64,000 nt of DNA. Source: an uncultured Gemmatimonadales bacterium. GTDB taxonomy: Bacteria; Gemmatimonadota; Gemmatimonadetes; Gemmatimonadales; GWC2-71-9. A program made the translations under genes and the position numbers. The notes beneath the pieces were generated by a model that saw nothing but the letters and a program-made list of their open reading frames with translations, was not told the DNA's origin and did not search any database. Position 1 is the stretch's first letter. Each line of letters starts with the position of its first letter. This document shows positions 10,465-19,749 of this stretch, in pieces. The stretch covers positions 128,001-192,000 of the forward strand of contig CAWJMT010000035.1 in the NCBI GenBank assembly GCA_963844035.1. The letters run 5' to 3'.

Positions 10465-12590
10465 CGCTGCGGTGTGGGGGGAGGGAGCGTGGGCGCAGCA
10501 CCGGCTGCGGCTGACCGCACCTGCGGAGCAGGGCTGACGACGGCGGGCGCCGCGGGGAGCACGCAGTGGAATGTGGCGCCGCGGTCCGCGTTGTTCTCGG
10601 CCCAGAGCCGCCCGCCGTGCGCGGCGACGATGGTTCGGGAGATCGAGAGCCCGAGGCCGAGCCCTTCCGCCTTGGTCGTCACGAACGGTTCGAACAGACG
10701 GCCGATCAGAGCGGACGGAATCCCCGTCCCACAATCGCGTAGCGAGATGTGCACCTGGCTCCGCGCGTCGGTCTCGACCTTCAGGAGCAGCGCGCGATCG
10801 GGCGCGACCGTCGCGTTCATCGCATCGCACGCATTGAAAATCAGATTGAGCAGCACCTGCTGCATCTGCACGCGGTCGCCGAGCACGGCGGGCGGATTGG
10901 GCTCAACCACGGCCGTCACGGCGACACGCCGTGCGATCAGCTCGCCGTGCGCCAGCTCGAGCACCTCGTTGACCATCTCCCGCGTATCCATCGGTTGCAA
11001 CCGCGTCTCGCCGCGGCGGAGCAGGGCGGACAGGCGATGGATCACCTGTGCGGCGCGCTCGTCGTCGCGGACGACGTCGCGCAGCATGGCGCCGACGTCG
11101 ACCAGATTGGGCGGCTGGTGTTGCAGCAGCAGGAGTGCCGCGTCGGCGTTGCTGCGGATGGACGCCAGGGGCTGACTCAGCTCGTGCGCGAGCGCGCCGG
11201 ACAGCTCGCCCAGGACGCTGACGCGGGCCAGGTGCGACAGCTCGCGTCGCTGCTGTTCAATTTCTATTTGCGCCTCCCGTCGCGCGGTCACATTGGCTCG
11301 CGTGACGACCGCACCCCCGTCCGAGCGCTCGAGCGCCTCGATGCGCAGCGCGTACACATCCCGTCCGCCTTCATGCTCGACCTCGCACTCGACGTCGAAA
11401 CGCCGCTGTTCCCGGGCGAGCACTCCCGCGATGCCCGCCCCAATGCGCGCCGCCGAGACGTCTCCAGCCGCCGCCGCGATGCGACAGGTTTGCAGAAAGT
11501 CGTCTCCCACCCGCATCGGGGGCAATCGCTTGCCGGCGGCGCTCTCCACGAATTGCCGCCATGACGCATTGACCTCGAGCACGACGCCGCGTTCGTCGAG
11601 GATGGCGACGTGATCATCCAGGGACGCAAGCAGCGCGCGATACAACTGGATCGCATTCTGACGGGCCCCTCCGATCGCCGCGATGCACAGCACCGGAAAC
11701 GTCGTCAACAACACGAAGAGCTGGAGCGCGAGCACGTCCTGGTCGCGCGACCCCACGTGAAAGGGCGCGGTGCCGCGGTCGGCGCCCCAGATCGCGGCGA
11801 TCGCGACGCCGGTCAGCGCGAGGCTCGCCCCGCCGGATCCGAAGCGCAGCGCCGCCCAGATCAGGACCGGCATCGGCAGGTAGAACGGGAGGGCGACGGC
11901 CCAGCCGAATGCGCTCGGCACGAAAAAGGCCACGACGCAGGTGGCGCCGAGCGTCGCGGTCAGCAGGAATCCCTCGAGCACGCGCCGCCCGCTCGTCCGG
12001 TTACGGGGTCCCCGCGCGAGGTTCGCGGCCACATAGAGGAACGCCGGGAGCGCCGTCAGCCCCGTCAGGGCGTTGGACATGAACCAGGCCTGCCAGGTCC
12101 CCCAGTACCGCACCGCTTCGCCGCGCAGCACCACGTTCGTGGCGCCGATCGTTGCTCCCAGCGCCGGGGCCAGCAGCGCCGCCGCCGCGACGAACAGCAG
12201 GAGCGCCCGGATGGCATCCAGGCGTGGCGTACGATCCTGAATCCAGCGCACCATTACCGCGGCGGCCAGCGCGCGGGCGGAGTTGGCCACCGTGGCCACG
12301 AGCACCCACGCGAGGGTCCAGTGGGGCCAGTGCGCGATGAAGTGGGTGACCGCACCGGCGAGGATGTACCACACCCAGTCGCGTCGCGGGGCCAGGACGA
12401 GCGCCGTGGTGAGCGCGGCGTAGGGCAGGTACAGTACGGCGGCACCAACCTCCGGGTACCGCAACAGCGGTCCGAGTCCATCGCCGAGCAGGGAGACCGG
12501 GGTGAACAGGATGAGCCCGCGCGCAAGGTGGAGGAGTCTTGCGTCGGCTTGGGGAGTCGCGGTGATTCGCCCTGCGCTCATCGCGTTCAT
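10461..12590 (-). CDS. MASE1-PAS sensor histidine kinase, FixL/NodV type
   Basis: Multi-TM N-terminus (WFMSNALTGL, LIWAALRFG), PAS, GALAHELSQPL, TTKAEGLGLGLSIS. Confidence 0.9.
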   Translation of the reverse strand: MNAMSAGRITATPQADARLLHLARGLILFTPVSLLGDGLGPLLRYPEVGAAVLYLPYAALTTALVLAPRRDWVWYILAGAVTHFIAHWPHWTLAWVLVATVANSARALAAAVMVRWIQDRTPRLDAIRALLLFVAAAALLAPALGATIGATNVVLRGEAVRYWGTWQAWFMSNALTGLTALPAFLYVAANLARGPRNRTSGRRVLEGFLLTATLGATCVVAFFVPSAFGWAVALPFYLPMPVLIWAALRFGSGGASLALTGVAIAAIWGADRGTAPFHVGSRDQDVLALQLFVLLTTFPVLCIAAIGGARQNAIQLYRALLASLDDHVAILDERGVVLEVNASWRQFVESAAGKRLPPMRVGDDFLQTCRIAAAAGDVSAARIGAGIAGVLAREQRRFDVECEVEHEGGRDVYALRIEALERSDGGAVVTRANVTARREAQIEIEQQRRELSHLARVSVLGELSGALAHELSQPLASIRSNADAALLLLQHQPPNLVDVGAMLRDVVRDDERAAQVIHRLSALLRRGETRLQPMDTREMVNEVLELAHGELIARRVAVTAVVEPNPPAVLGDRVQMQQVLLNLIFNACDAMNATVAPDRALLLKVETDARSQVHISLRDCGTGIPSALIGRLFEPFVTTKAEGLGLGLSISRTIVAAHGGRLWAENNADRGATFHCVLPAAPAVVSPAPQVRSAAAGAAPTLPPPTPQR

Positions 12591-12685
12591 TGCTCGACTG
12601 TGGAATCGGTCCAATAATACGCGCCGCCAAGCGCACCGGCCATCGCGGAACCGCTGCGGTCCCGGCGCCACACATGCGGCGCGGC

Positions 12686-12703
12686 ATTGGTCCTAGGTCC
12701 AAT
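12686..12703 (+). promoter_or_regulatory. 18-bp palindromic operator copy
   Basis: ATTGGTCCTAGGTCCAAT; GATCCT 22 nt downstream; GTG 12739 follows after 7 nt. Confidence 0.8.
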
Positions 12704-12738
12704 GGCTCGTGCCCTGCGGCCCCGCGATCCTTCCGCGG

Positions 12739-14425
12739 GTGACCGAGCCAAGGGTGGGGAAACGCCGGCTGGTGCGCTGGCCTCTGATCGCAGGGTGCGT
12801 CCTGCTGATTGGCGGGACGGCCGTCTATTTCAACTGGTGGGATCGGTACGTCGAGACCGGTTTGGGGCAGTGGGCGGTTGCCGAAATCGCGGAGCGGAGC
12901 GGCGGCGTGTATAGCCTCCAGCTGGGCGATCTGGACTTTCGGCCCGTGGCCGGCTCGATGTCGTTCGACTCGGCGATCATCGTTACCGATACGGTGCTGG
13001 ACCGGGCCCAGGGCGCTCCTCTTCCGGTGTTGAGCGTGCGCGCGGTCGGCTGCCGGATCTCGAGGGTCAACGTGCTGAGCCTGATGGTGGGGAATCGGTT
13101 CAGCGCCCGGGCCATGGGGTGCGAAAGCGTGCTTACCGCGATCGACCTCGTCGCACCCCGGTCGGGTGTCGCTGCGTCGCTCCCCTCCCCCTCCGGCCGC
13201 GCGCGATTCGGTGGATTCGGGTCCGCGCACAGTGATGCCTCCGCCGCTTGGAATCGAGAAGTTTCAGATTGCGAATCTCGCGTTTGAGAACCTCCAGTTC
13301 TCGCTGCGCCGCATGAAACTCAAGGGCGCGGCGTCCTTCGAGATCGCACACGCGCGCCTGGTGGGGCAGCAGATCCAACTCGATGTGACGGCCGTGCCGG
13401 GCAGTCAGGAGGCGTTCTCTTCCGTCGGGCTGCGGCTCGAGGCCCGCGACCTGCTGTTCAAGCCTGATTCGCTCACGGCGCTGTCCCTGGAGGGCATTGA
13501 CATCGGCCTCACCGATTCGACCCTGAGCGTCAGTCGCCTGAAGCTCGCCCCGACGGTGACCGACGAGGAGTGGCGGCGGCACCAGAAGGTGCGCCATGAC
13601 CGCATCCGCTTCTCGCTCGACACCCTGGCCGCCGTGGGGGTGGCGTATCGCCGGCTGGTTCGCACCGGCGAGGTCCACATGCGACGCTTGATGCTGCGCG
13701 GCGCCCAGTTGGACGTACTGTCCGATAAGCGATTACGTGCGGGGCCGAAGAAGCGCCACGCGAGCCCGCAGGCGAACGCACAACAGGTCGATCCGGTGGT
13801 TCGCATCGACACCATCGTGGTGGACTCGAGCCAGGTCAGTTACCAGGAGCGCAAGCCGGACCGGGACCGGCCGGGCCGCCTCGACTTCGCGTCGCTGGCG
13901 GTCCGCATCAACGACTTTCACCTTCCGTCGAGCGGGGCACCACTGACAATCGACGTGAGCGCCCGTTTGATGGGGGAGGGCGCTCTGTCGGTCCGTGCGA
14001 CGGTCCCGCTCGACGCGCCCGACTTCCGCTTCGCGCTCACCGGACGGCTCGGGGCCATGCCGATCGGCGCCCTGAACCGCTATCTCGCCGAAACCCAACC
14101 GGTCGAGATCAAGGACGGCCAGATCGACAGCGTCATCTTCGTCATGAACACGACCAAGGGCACCAACGCGACGACGCTCACGCCGTACTTTCGCGATTTG
14201 GGGCTCGACATTACGAACCCCAAGGGCGGCGTGGGGGGATTCGTCAAGGCGGGCTTGATCGAGTTCGGGGCCAACGCGTTCAAGGTGCGGTCGCGCAACC
14301 CGGACTCGCCGAAGGACCGCCCGCGCACCGCCAAGATCACCCGGCGTTACGAACCCTCGCAGTCGTGGATCAGTTTCCTGTGGCTCAGTCTCCGGGATGG
14401 GCTGCTCAAGGTCGTCGTGAAGTAG
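12739..14425 (+). CDS. AsmA/DUF748-like membrane-anchored beta-rich protein (frameshift ~13190)
   Basis: N-terminal TM, repeated beta-strand segments, C-terminal SFLWLSLRDGL helix. Confidence 0.55.
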
Positions 14426-14454
14426 AGGACGCGCGAGCCGATGCATGACGCAGC

Positions 14455-14472
14455 ATTGGCCCAAGGTCCAAT
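14455..14472 (+). promoter_or_regulatory. 18-bp palindromic operator copy
   Basis: ATTGGCCCAAGGTCCAAT; GACCGT 22 nt downstream. Confidence 0.8.
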
Positions 14473-14553
14473 GGCTCACGCCGTTCCCCGCCGCGACCGT
14501 TCCCCGCCGGTGATCGACCCGACCGACGTGCAGTGGTACCCCAAGGGGGATCT

Positions 14554-16041
14554 ATGACCGGTGCGCCGCGGTACGCGCTCCTGATGTTGTTGGCCTGTCC
14601 GTGCGTTGTGGCGGCCCAGAAGTCGCGCTGCGACTTCAGCAACGTGCCCGGCGTGGTCTGGTGGGGCACGGAGAAGCAGATGCCCGTGGCGCGCCTCGCT
14701 GCCTACATGGCACCGGTCCTCTGGTTTTCGTCCGACGAGCCGTCACTCAACCGCACGAGCGGTCGGGACATTCGCGTACCTCAGTCGTTCCCTGGCGAGC
14801 CCGCACCCGACCGGCCGGTACTCTATTACCAAGTGGACCGCGTGCGCACGCGGCCCGATTCGAAAGCCCCGGCCGTCGTGCGCAGTCCCGCGGGGCCGGC
14901 GCAGGCGGTCATCGACCTGCAAAACGCTTCGGTCGCCGTGGTTTCGTACTTTGCGTACTACCCCACCGAGGAAGGGCTTGGGGCTCACGCGCACGACATC
15001 GAGCCCGTCGAGTTCCGCGCCGTGATCGCCCGCCACACGTGGGAAGGGTTCTCCAGGTGGATTCCCGGCGGCGCCCAATGCGCGGCCCCGACGTTCGTGA
15101 TCGGAGTCACGCGCGTCACCGGCAAAGCGCACGGACTGGTGTGGTTTTGGAACGTCGTGCAGGTCGACCCCGACACGCGCTTCCCCATGCACCTCCTCAT
15201 CGAAGAAGGCAAGCACGCGATCGCCACCGACAAGAACGGCGACGGCGTGTTCACGAAGAGCTATGACGTGAACGTCCGGGTCAACGACGCCTGGGGCGTG
15301 CGGGACATCATCCGCTCGGGGATGCTGTTCTCGGGCGGGTACGAGGGCTGGATGCAGAAGACGCGGCGCCCGGACTACCGGATCATGCCGCCCCTTCCGG
15401 ACGACAGCCCGTTGATCCCGGAGTTGAAGCGCCGTGGCACCGCGCAGAACGTGGTGTACGAGCTGCGGCCGTATCCTCCGGCCGGCAGCGCCGGCGACGA
15501 TCACCAGTTGGCGCACCTGATGGACAACAAGGCCATCCCGAACTGGCCGGTGGAAACGGCGGTGAAGAACGTCGCCAAGTCGCTCGACGAGGGCGCGGTG
15601 CTCAAGTCGCTCTCCATCGCGGCTCGGGCCGACGGCGACTTCGGCGTGTCGTGGTCGTTTCCGTTCTTCATCGTCAAGCACCTCGAGGACCCGATGACCG
15701 GGGGCTACATCCTCCAGCGCATGTACGCGACGGGCGGTAACCACCACACATTCGGCTGGACGGCGCTCTACACCCCCTCGGCGTCACGCTGGCTCGACAC
15801 CTACCTCGCGGCCGGCGGCGAGCGCGCCTACTACCTCGACGCGACGGGCGCCAACGTCCCCAGCTGGGACTTCGTGTTCGAGACGGGGCTCAAGTTCCGC
15901 GTCAACATCAACGAGACCCCACTGAAGAAGCTCTCGTTCTTCACCGACTATTGGGGCATTCGGCTGGGCCTCCGCAACCGCGGCTTCTTCGACGTCGAGC
16001 ACCTGACGTACGTGCTCGAGGTCGGCGCGGGCTCGTTCTAG
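14554..16041 (+). CDS. exported hypothetical protein, possible Vps62/NPP1-like domain plus C-terminal beta-barrel
   Basis: Signal peptide; MAPVLWFSSDE, YFAYY, HAHDIE, EEGKHA; terminal Phe. Confidence 0.6.
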   Translation: MTGAPRYALLMLLACPCVVAAQKSRCDFSNVPGVVWWGTEKQMPVARLAAYMAPVLWFSSDEPSLNRTSGRDIRVPQSFPGEPAPDRPVLYYQVDRVRTRPDSKAPAVVRSPAGPAQAVIDLQNASVAVVSYFAYYPTEEGLGAHAHDIEPVEFRAVIARHTWEGFSRWIPGGAQCAAPTFVIGVTRVTGKAHGLVWFWNVVQVDPDTRFPMHLLIEEGKHAIATDKNGDGVFTKSYDVNVRVNDAWGVRDIIRSGMLFSGGYEGWMQKTRRPDYRIMPPLPDDSPLIPELKRRGTAQNVVYELRPYPPAGSAGDDHQLAHLMDNKAIPNWPVETAVKNVAKSLDEGAVLKSLSIAARADGDFGVSWSFPFFIVKHLEDPMTGGYILQRMYATGGNHHTFGWTALYTPSASRWLDTYLAAGGERAYYLDATGANVPSWDFVFETGLKFRVNINETPLKKLSFFTDYWGIRLGLRNRGFFDVEHLTYVLEVGAGSF

Positions 16042-16057
16042 CGCGCCCTCATGGTCG

Positions 16058-17119
16058 ATGAGCGGGCGTGAGCCACGGTTTCCTGCGCGGTGCGACCGTG
16101 TGGCTGGCGCTCGTCGCGTCATCGGCCGCCGGGCTCTCGCGGCCCAGAAGACCGACCTCGTCGTGCTCCTGAACGGCGACCGGATCACCGGTGACATCAA
16201 GCAGCTGTCGCGCGGGAAGCTCGAGTACCTGACCGACAACGTCGGCCGCATCTACATCGAGTGGCACACCATCGCGCGCGTGACGAGTCCGCACTACTTC
16301 GAGGTCGAGCTCTCGTCGGGGCGCAAGTACTACGGGCGCCTGCTGGCGCCGCCCGAGGACGGGCAAATGATCGTCACCGTGGATCGCGACGATACGCTCA
16401 AGCTGCGCGACGTGGTCGCCATCGTGCCGATCAGCAACCGCATCGTCGATCGACTCAAAGCGTACCTCGACGTGGGGTTCACCCTCGCCAAGGCCAACGA
16501 GGCCAGGACGTTGAGCGTGAGCGGGGAGGTGGCCTACCGCGGGCCGAAGGTCGGGACCAGCGCCTCCTTCGACGTGTACTCCCAGGCCCAGGAGGACGTG
16601 CCCTCCACCACGCGCAGCTCACTTCAGCTCGACGGCGAGCGCTATGTCGCGAACCGCTGGAAGTACCTCACCCTGACCACGTTCGAGCAGAACGACGAGC
16701 TCTCGCTCGATCTTCGTGTCACCCTGGGTGGTGGCGTCGGGCGGGCGTTCATCCAGAACAACAAGCACGAGCTGGGGCTCGAGGCCACGGTGGTGGGCAC
16801 CCGGGAGGAGTTTTCCGACTCGGCCGGCGGGTCGACCCCTGAGTGGAACCTCGAGGGTCGGTTCGCGGCCACGTGGAACGCGTTCCGCTACGACTTTCCC
16901 AAGCTCGACCTGTCCACCGAGCTGACGGTATTTCCCAGCTTCACGACCCTGGGCCGGGTCCGCATGGACACGAGCGCACGGCTGCGCTACGAGCTGTTCA
17001 AGGACTTCACGGTCGGCATCGATTTCACCGACTCGTTCGACAACCAACCGCCGGAAGAGACCGCCTCGACCAACGACTTCGTCACCACCTTCACGATCGG
17101 GTGGCAGTACCGCCGCTAG
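16058..17119 (+). CDS. DUF481-family outer-membrane barrel (start uncertain)
   Basis: DLVVLLNGDRITGDIK N-domain; C-terminal FDNQPP...NDFVTTFTIGWQY. Confidence 0.8.
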   Translation: MSGREPRFPARCDRVAGARRVIGRRALAAQKTDLVVLLNGDRITGDIKQLSRGKLEYLTDNVGRIYIEWHTIARVTSPHYFEVELSSGRKYYGRLLAPPEDGQMIVTVDRDDTLKLRDVVAIVPISNRIVDRLKAYLDVGFTLAKANEARTLSVSGEVAYRGPKVGTSASFDVYSQAQEDVPSTTRSSLQLDGERYVANRWKYLTLTTFEQNDELSLDLRVTLGGGVGRAFIQNNKHELGLEATVVGTREEFSDSAGGSTPEWNLEGRFAATWNAFRYDFPKLDLSTELTVFPSFTTLGRVRMDTSARLRYELFKDFTVGIDFTDSFDNQPPEETASTNDFVTTFTIGWQYRR

Positions 17120-17127
17120 GAGTCCAC

Positions 17128-17145
17128 GTTGCCCTTAGGTGCAAT
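17128..17145 (+). promoter_or_regulatory. 18-bp palindromic operator copy
   Basis: GTTGCCCTTAGGTGCAAT; GAGACT 22 nt downstream. Confidence 0.8.
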
Positions 17146-17201
17146 GGCCCATCGGCGGGCTGGACGGGAGACTTGATCAGCTTACCCTATCGGAGGTTGC
17201 C

Positions 17202-17786
17202 ATGAAAATCGTCCTGATGATTTCGTTCGGACTCGTGCTGGCCGCCGCCGTCCCGGCGGTGGCGCAAGAGGCGGCGGCGGCGCCCGCCGCTGCGGCCCCC
17301 GCATGCCCCGCAGGCATGAAGTGTGAGGCCACGCCGATGCCGTCGTCCACGCTCGGGCTGTTCCCATTCCCTGCGAAGGGGCAAACGCCGGAACAGCAGC
17401 GTACCGATGAGGACGCGTGCTATGCGTGGGCCAAGAGCCAGACCGGCATCGATCCCGTTCTCGCGAAGGCCAACCCCGACTCGGCCGCGGCCGCGGCAGC
17501 GGCGCAGATGCAGGCGGCAGCGACGGGTGCGGCTGTGGCCGGCGCAGCGAAGGGCGCGGCGGCCGGCGCTTTGATTTCGGCTGCGGGTGGGGGGGATGCG
17601 GGGCACGGTGCGGGGGCGGGCGCGGCGGCGGGCGCAATCGCTGGGCGCAGGGCCAAGAAGCAGGCCGTGGCGCAGGCGGCCGCGCAAGGCGCGGCGGCAA
17701 ACCAGGCGAAAGTCGATGAGCTGATAGCGACGTTCAAGAAAGCGTTCACCCCCTGTATGACGGGGAAGGGATACACGATCGGCTGA
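17202..17786 (+). CDS. exported glycine-zipper protein
   Basis: GGAGG RBS; FPAKGQTPEQQRTDEDACYAWAKSQTG, GAAKGAAAGA zipper, AFTPCMTGKGY. Confidence 0.8.
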   Translation: MKIVLMISFGLVLAAAVPAVAQEAAAAPAAAAPACPAGMKCEATPMPSSTLGLFPFPAKGQTPEQQRTDEDACYAWAKSQTGIDPVLAKANPDSAAAAAAAQMQAAATGAAVAGAAKGAAAGALISAAGGGDAGHGAGAGAAAGAIAGRRAKKQAVAQAAAQGAAANQAKVDELIATFKKAFTPCMTGKGYTIG

Positions 17787-17865
17787 CGTAGCACAGTGCA
17801 GTTGTTCGTGACGGCGCCACGGTCGGCGCCGTTTCACTTCGTTTGACGCTGAAGGAGGCGGGAGC

Positions 17866-18474
17866 ATGAGGCGGTTCATCCCACTGTTGATGTTGGCCGG
17901 CGTCGCGATCGCGGCGTGCGGCGGCAAGAAACCCGAAACGACCGCGGCGCCGCAACCGAACGCCGACTCGCTCGCCGCCGTGCAGCGCGCGCACGACGAT
18001 TCGGTGCGCGCGGCCGCAGGCGGCCGCAGCGGCGCTGGCGGAGCAGGAGCGGCTCGCGCAACAACGGCGCGCCGACTCGCTCGCGGCGCTCGGCCGTTCG
18101 AGCGACGAGCTGAAGCAGGCGCTCGCCGAGGCGATCCACTTCGACTTCGACAAGTCGGTGGTGCGCCGCGATGACGCGCCGACCCTCGACCGCAAGATCC
18201 CGGTGCTGCTGGCCAATCCGGACGCGCACAATCCAGATCGCCGGGAACTGCGACGAGCGCGGCTCGGACGAGTACAATCTCGCCCTCGGCAATCGCCGGG
18301 CGTCGGCGGCGAAGCAGTACCTCGTCGCGCACGGCGTCGAGGCCGACCGCATCGCGACCAAATCGAACGGGGAAGAACGGCCCGTCGATCCCGGGCCACA
18401 CCGAGGCGGCGTGGGCCATCAACCGCAACGCCCAATTCATGGTCACGAGCGACACGGACTTGCGGCAGCCGTAG
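17866..18474 (+). CDS. OmpA/Pal-like peptidoglycan-associated lipoprotein (several frameshifts)
   Basis: IAAC lipobox; [40 protein letters not shown]. Confidence 0.85.
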
Positions 18475-19552
18475 GTGACTCAGAACAACGCGGTCGGCCG
18501 TGACCTGACCCGCAGCCTGCTCAGCGTGCTGACGACACTGCTGTTGATCGTGTCGTGTCTCTGGGTGCTGCGGCCCTTCGCCGGGGGGTTCGTCTGGGCG
18601 ACGATGATCGTCGTGACCACCTGGCCCGTGCTGCTGCGGGTGCAGCGCGGGCTCGGTGGGCGGCGTTGGGCCGCGGTGACGGTGATGACACTGGCCCTGC
18701 TGGCGGTGTTCGTGGTCCCGCTGCTGGTGGCGGTGGGGACGTTTGTCGCCAACCTCGACCGGATGTCGGCGTGGGTGCAGTCGATGATCGCCGCCGGCAT
18801 ACCGGGGCCGCCATCGTGGACGGCACGGGTGCCGCTGGTGGGGGCGAAGATCGCCGTCGTGGTGGGGGGAGCTGGCCGCGACGTCACCGGAGGACCTGCG
18901 GGCAGCGTCTCGCCCCGCATAGCGCGGCGATCGTGCGCTGGCTCGGCTCGACCGTCGGCAGCCGTCGGTGGGACGCTGGTCCAGCTGCTCCTCATGGTCG
19001 TGCTGTCGGCGGTGCTCTACTCCACCGGCGAGACGGCGGGCTCCGGGGCTATCCGGCTGGCGCGCCGGTTGGGCGGCGAGTCCGGTGAAGGCGCCGTGCG
19101 CCTGGCGGGCCAGGCGGTGCGCGCGGTCGCGCTCGGCGTCGTGGGCACGGCCATCATTCAGGCAACGCTCGCCGGGATCGGTCTCGGCGTGGCGGGTGTG
19201 CCGTTCGCGGGCGCGCTCACCGCCGTCATTTTCGTCACATGCATCGCGCAGCTCGGGCCGCTCCCGATACTCGTCCCGTGCGTGGTGTGGATGTACTGGT
19301 CGGGGAACACCGGGTGGGGGACCGCGCTGCTGGTCTGGTCGATGTTCGTCGGCACGATCGACAATGTCATCCGGCCCCTCCTCATCAAGCGGGGCGCCGA
19401 CCTGTCGCTGTTGCTGATCTTTGGCGGTGTGATCGGCGGGTCTGATCGCGTTCGGCGTCGTCGGGCTGTTCGTGGGCCCGGTGCTGCTGGCGGTGACCTA
19501 CACGCTCGGCTCCGCGTGGGTCCGGTCGGGAGAAGCACAAGCGTTGATCTAG
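18475..19552 (+). CDS. AI-2E family transporter, YdiK-like (frameshifts)
   Basis: [50 protein letters not shown]. Confidence 0.85.
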
Positions 19553-19603
19553 TCCAGTAAGCCTGCCGCATCCTGCACGTCGGCGACCGCCGGCCCACTG
19601 GGG

Positions 19604-19632
19604 TTGGCCGGTCCCCGCGTGGCGTGTAGCTT
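19604..19632 (+). promoter_or_regulatory. sigma70-like promoter of third kinase (no operator)
   Basis: TTGGCC-17nt-TAGCTT. Confidence 0.4.
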
Positions 19633-19749
19633 CCTCCTGCTTGACACTCACACCGTTCCCGCGCCCGAGCCGTCCGTCCGCAGATAGCTGCATCCACAAT
19701 GGAGATCCTGATCTGAGCGCCGGCCCCTCTTTGGAGACGGCCCAAGGCG

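Noticed and set aside
12598..12615. Half-site GGTCCAAT near the MASE1 kinase start
   Set aside because: Other arm absent; overlaps a plain TATTAT -10 on the minus strand.
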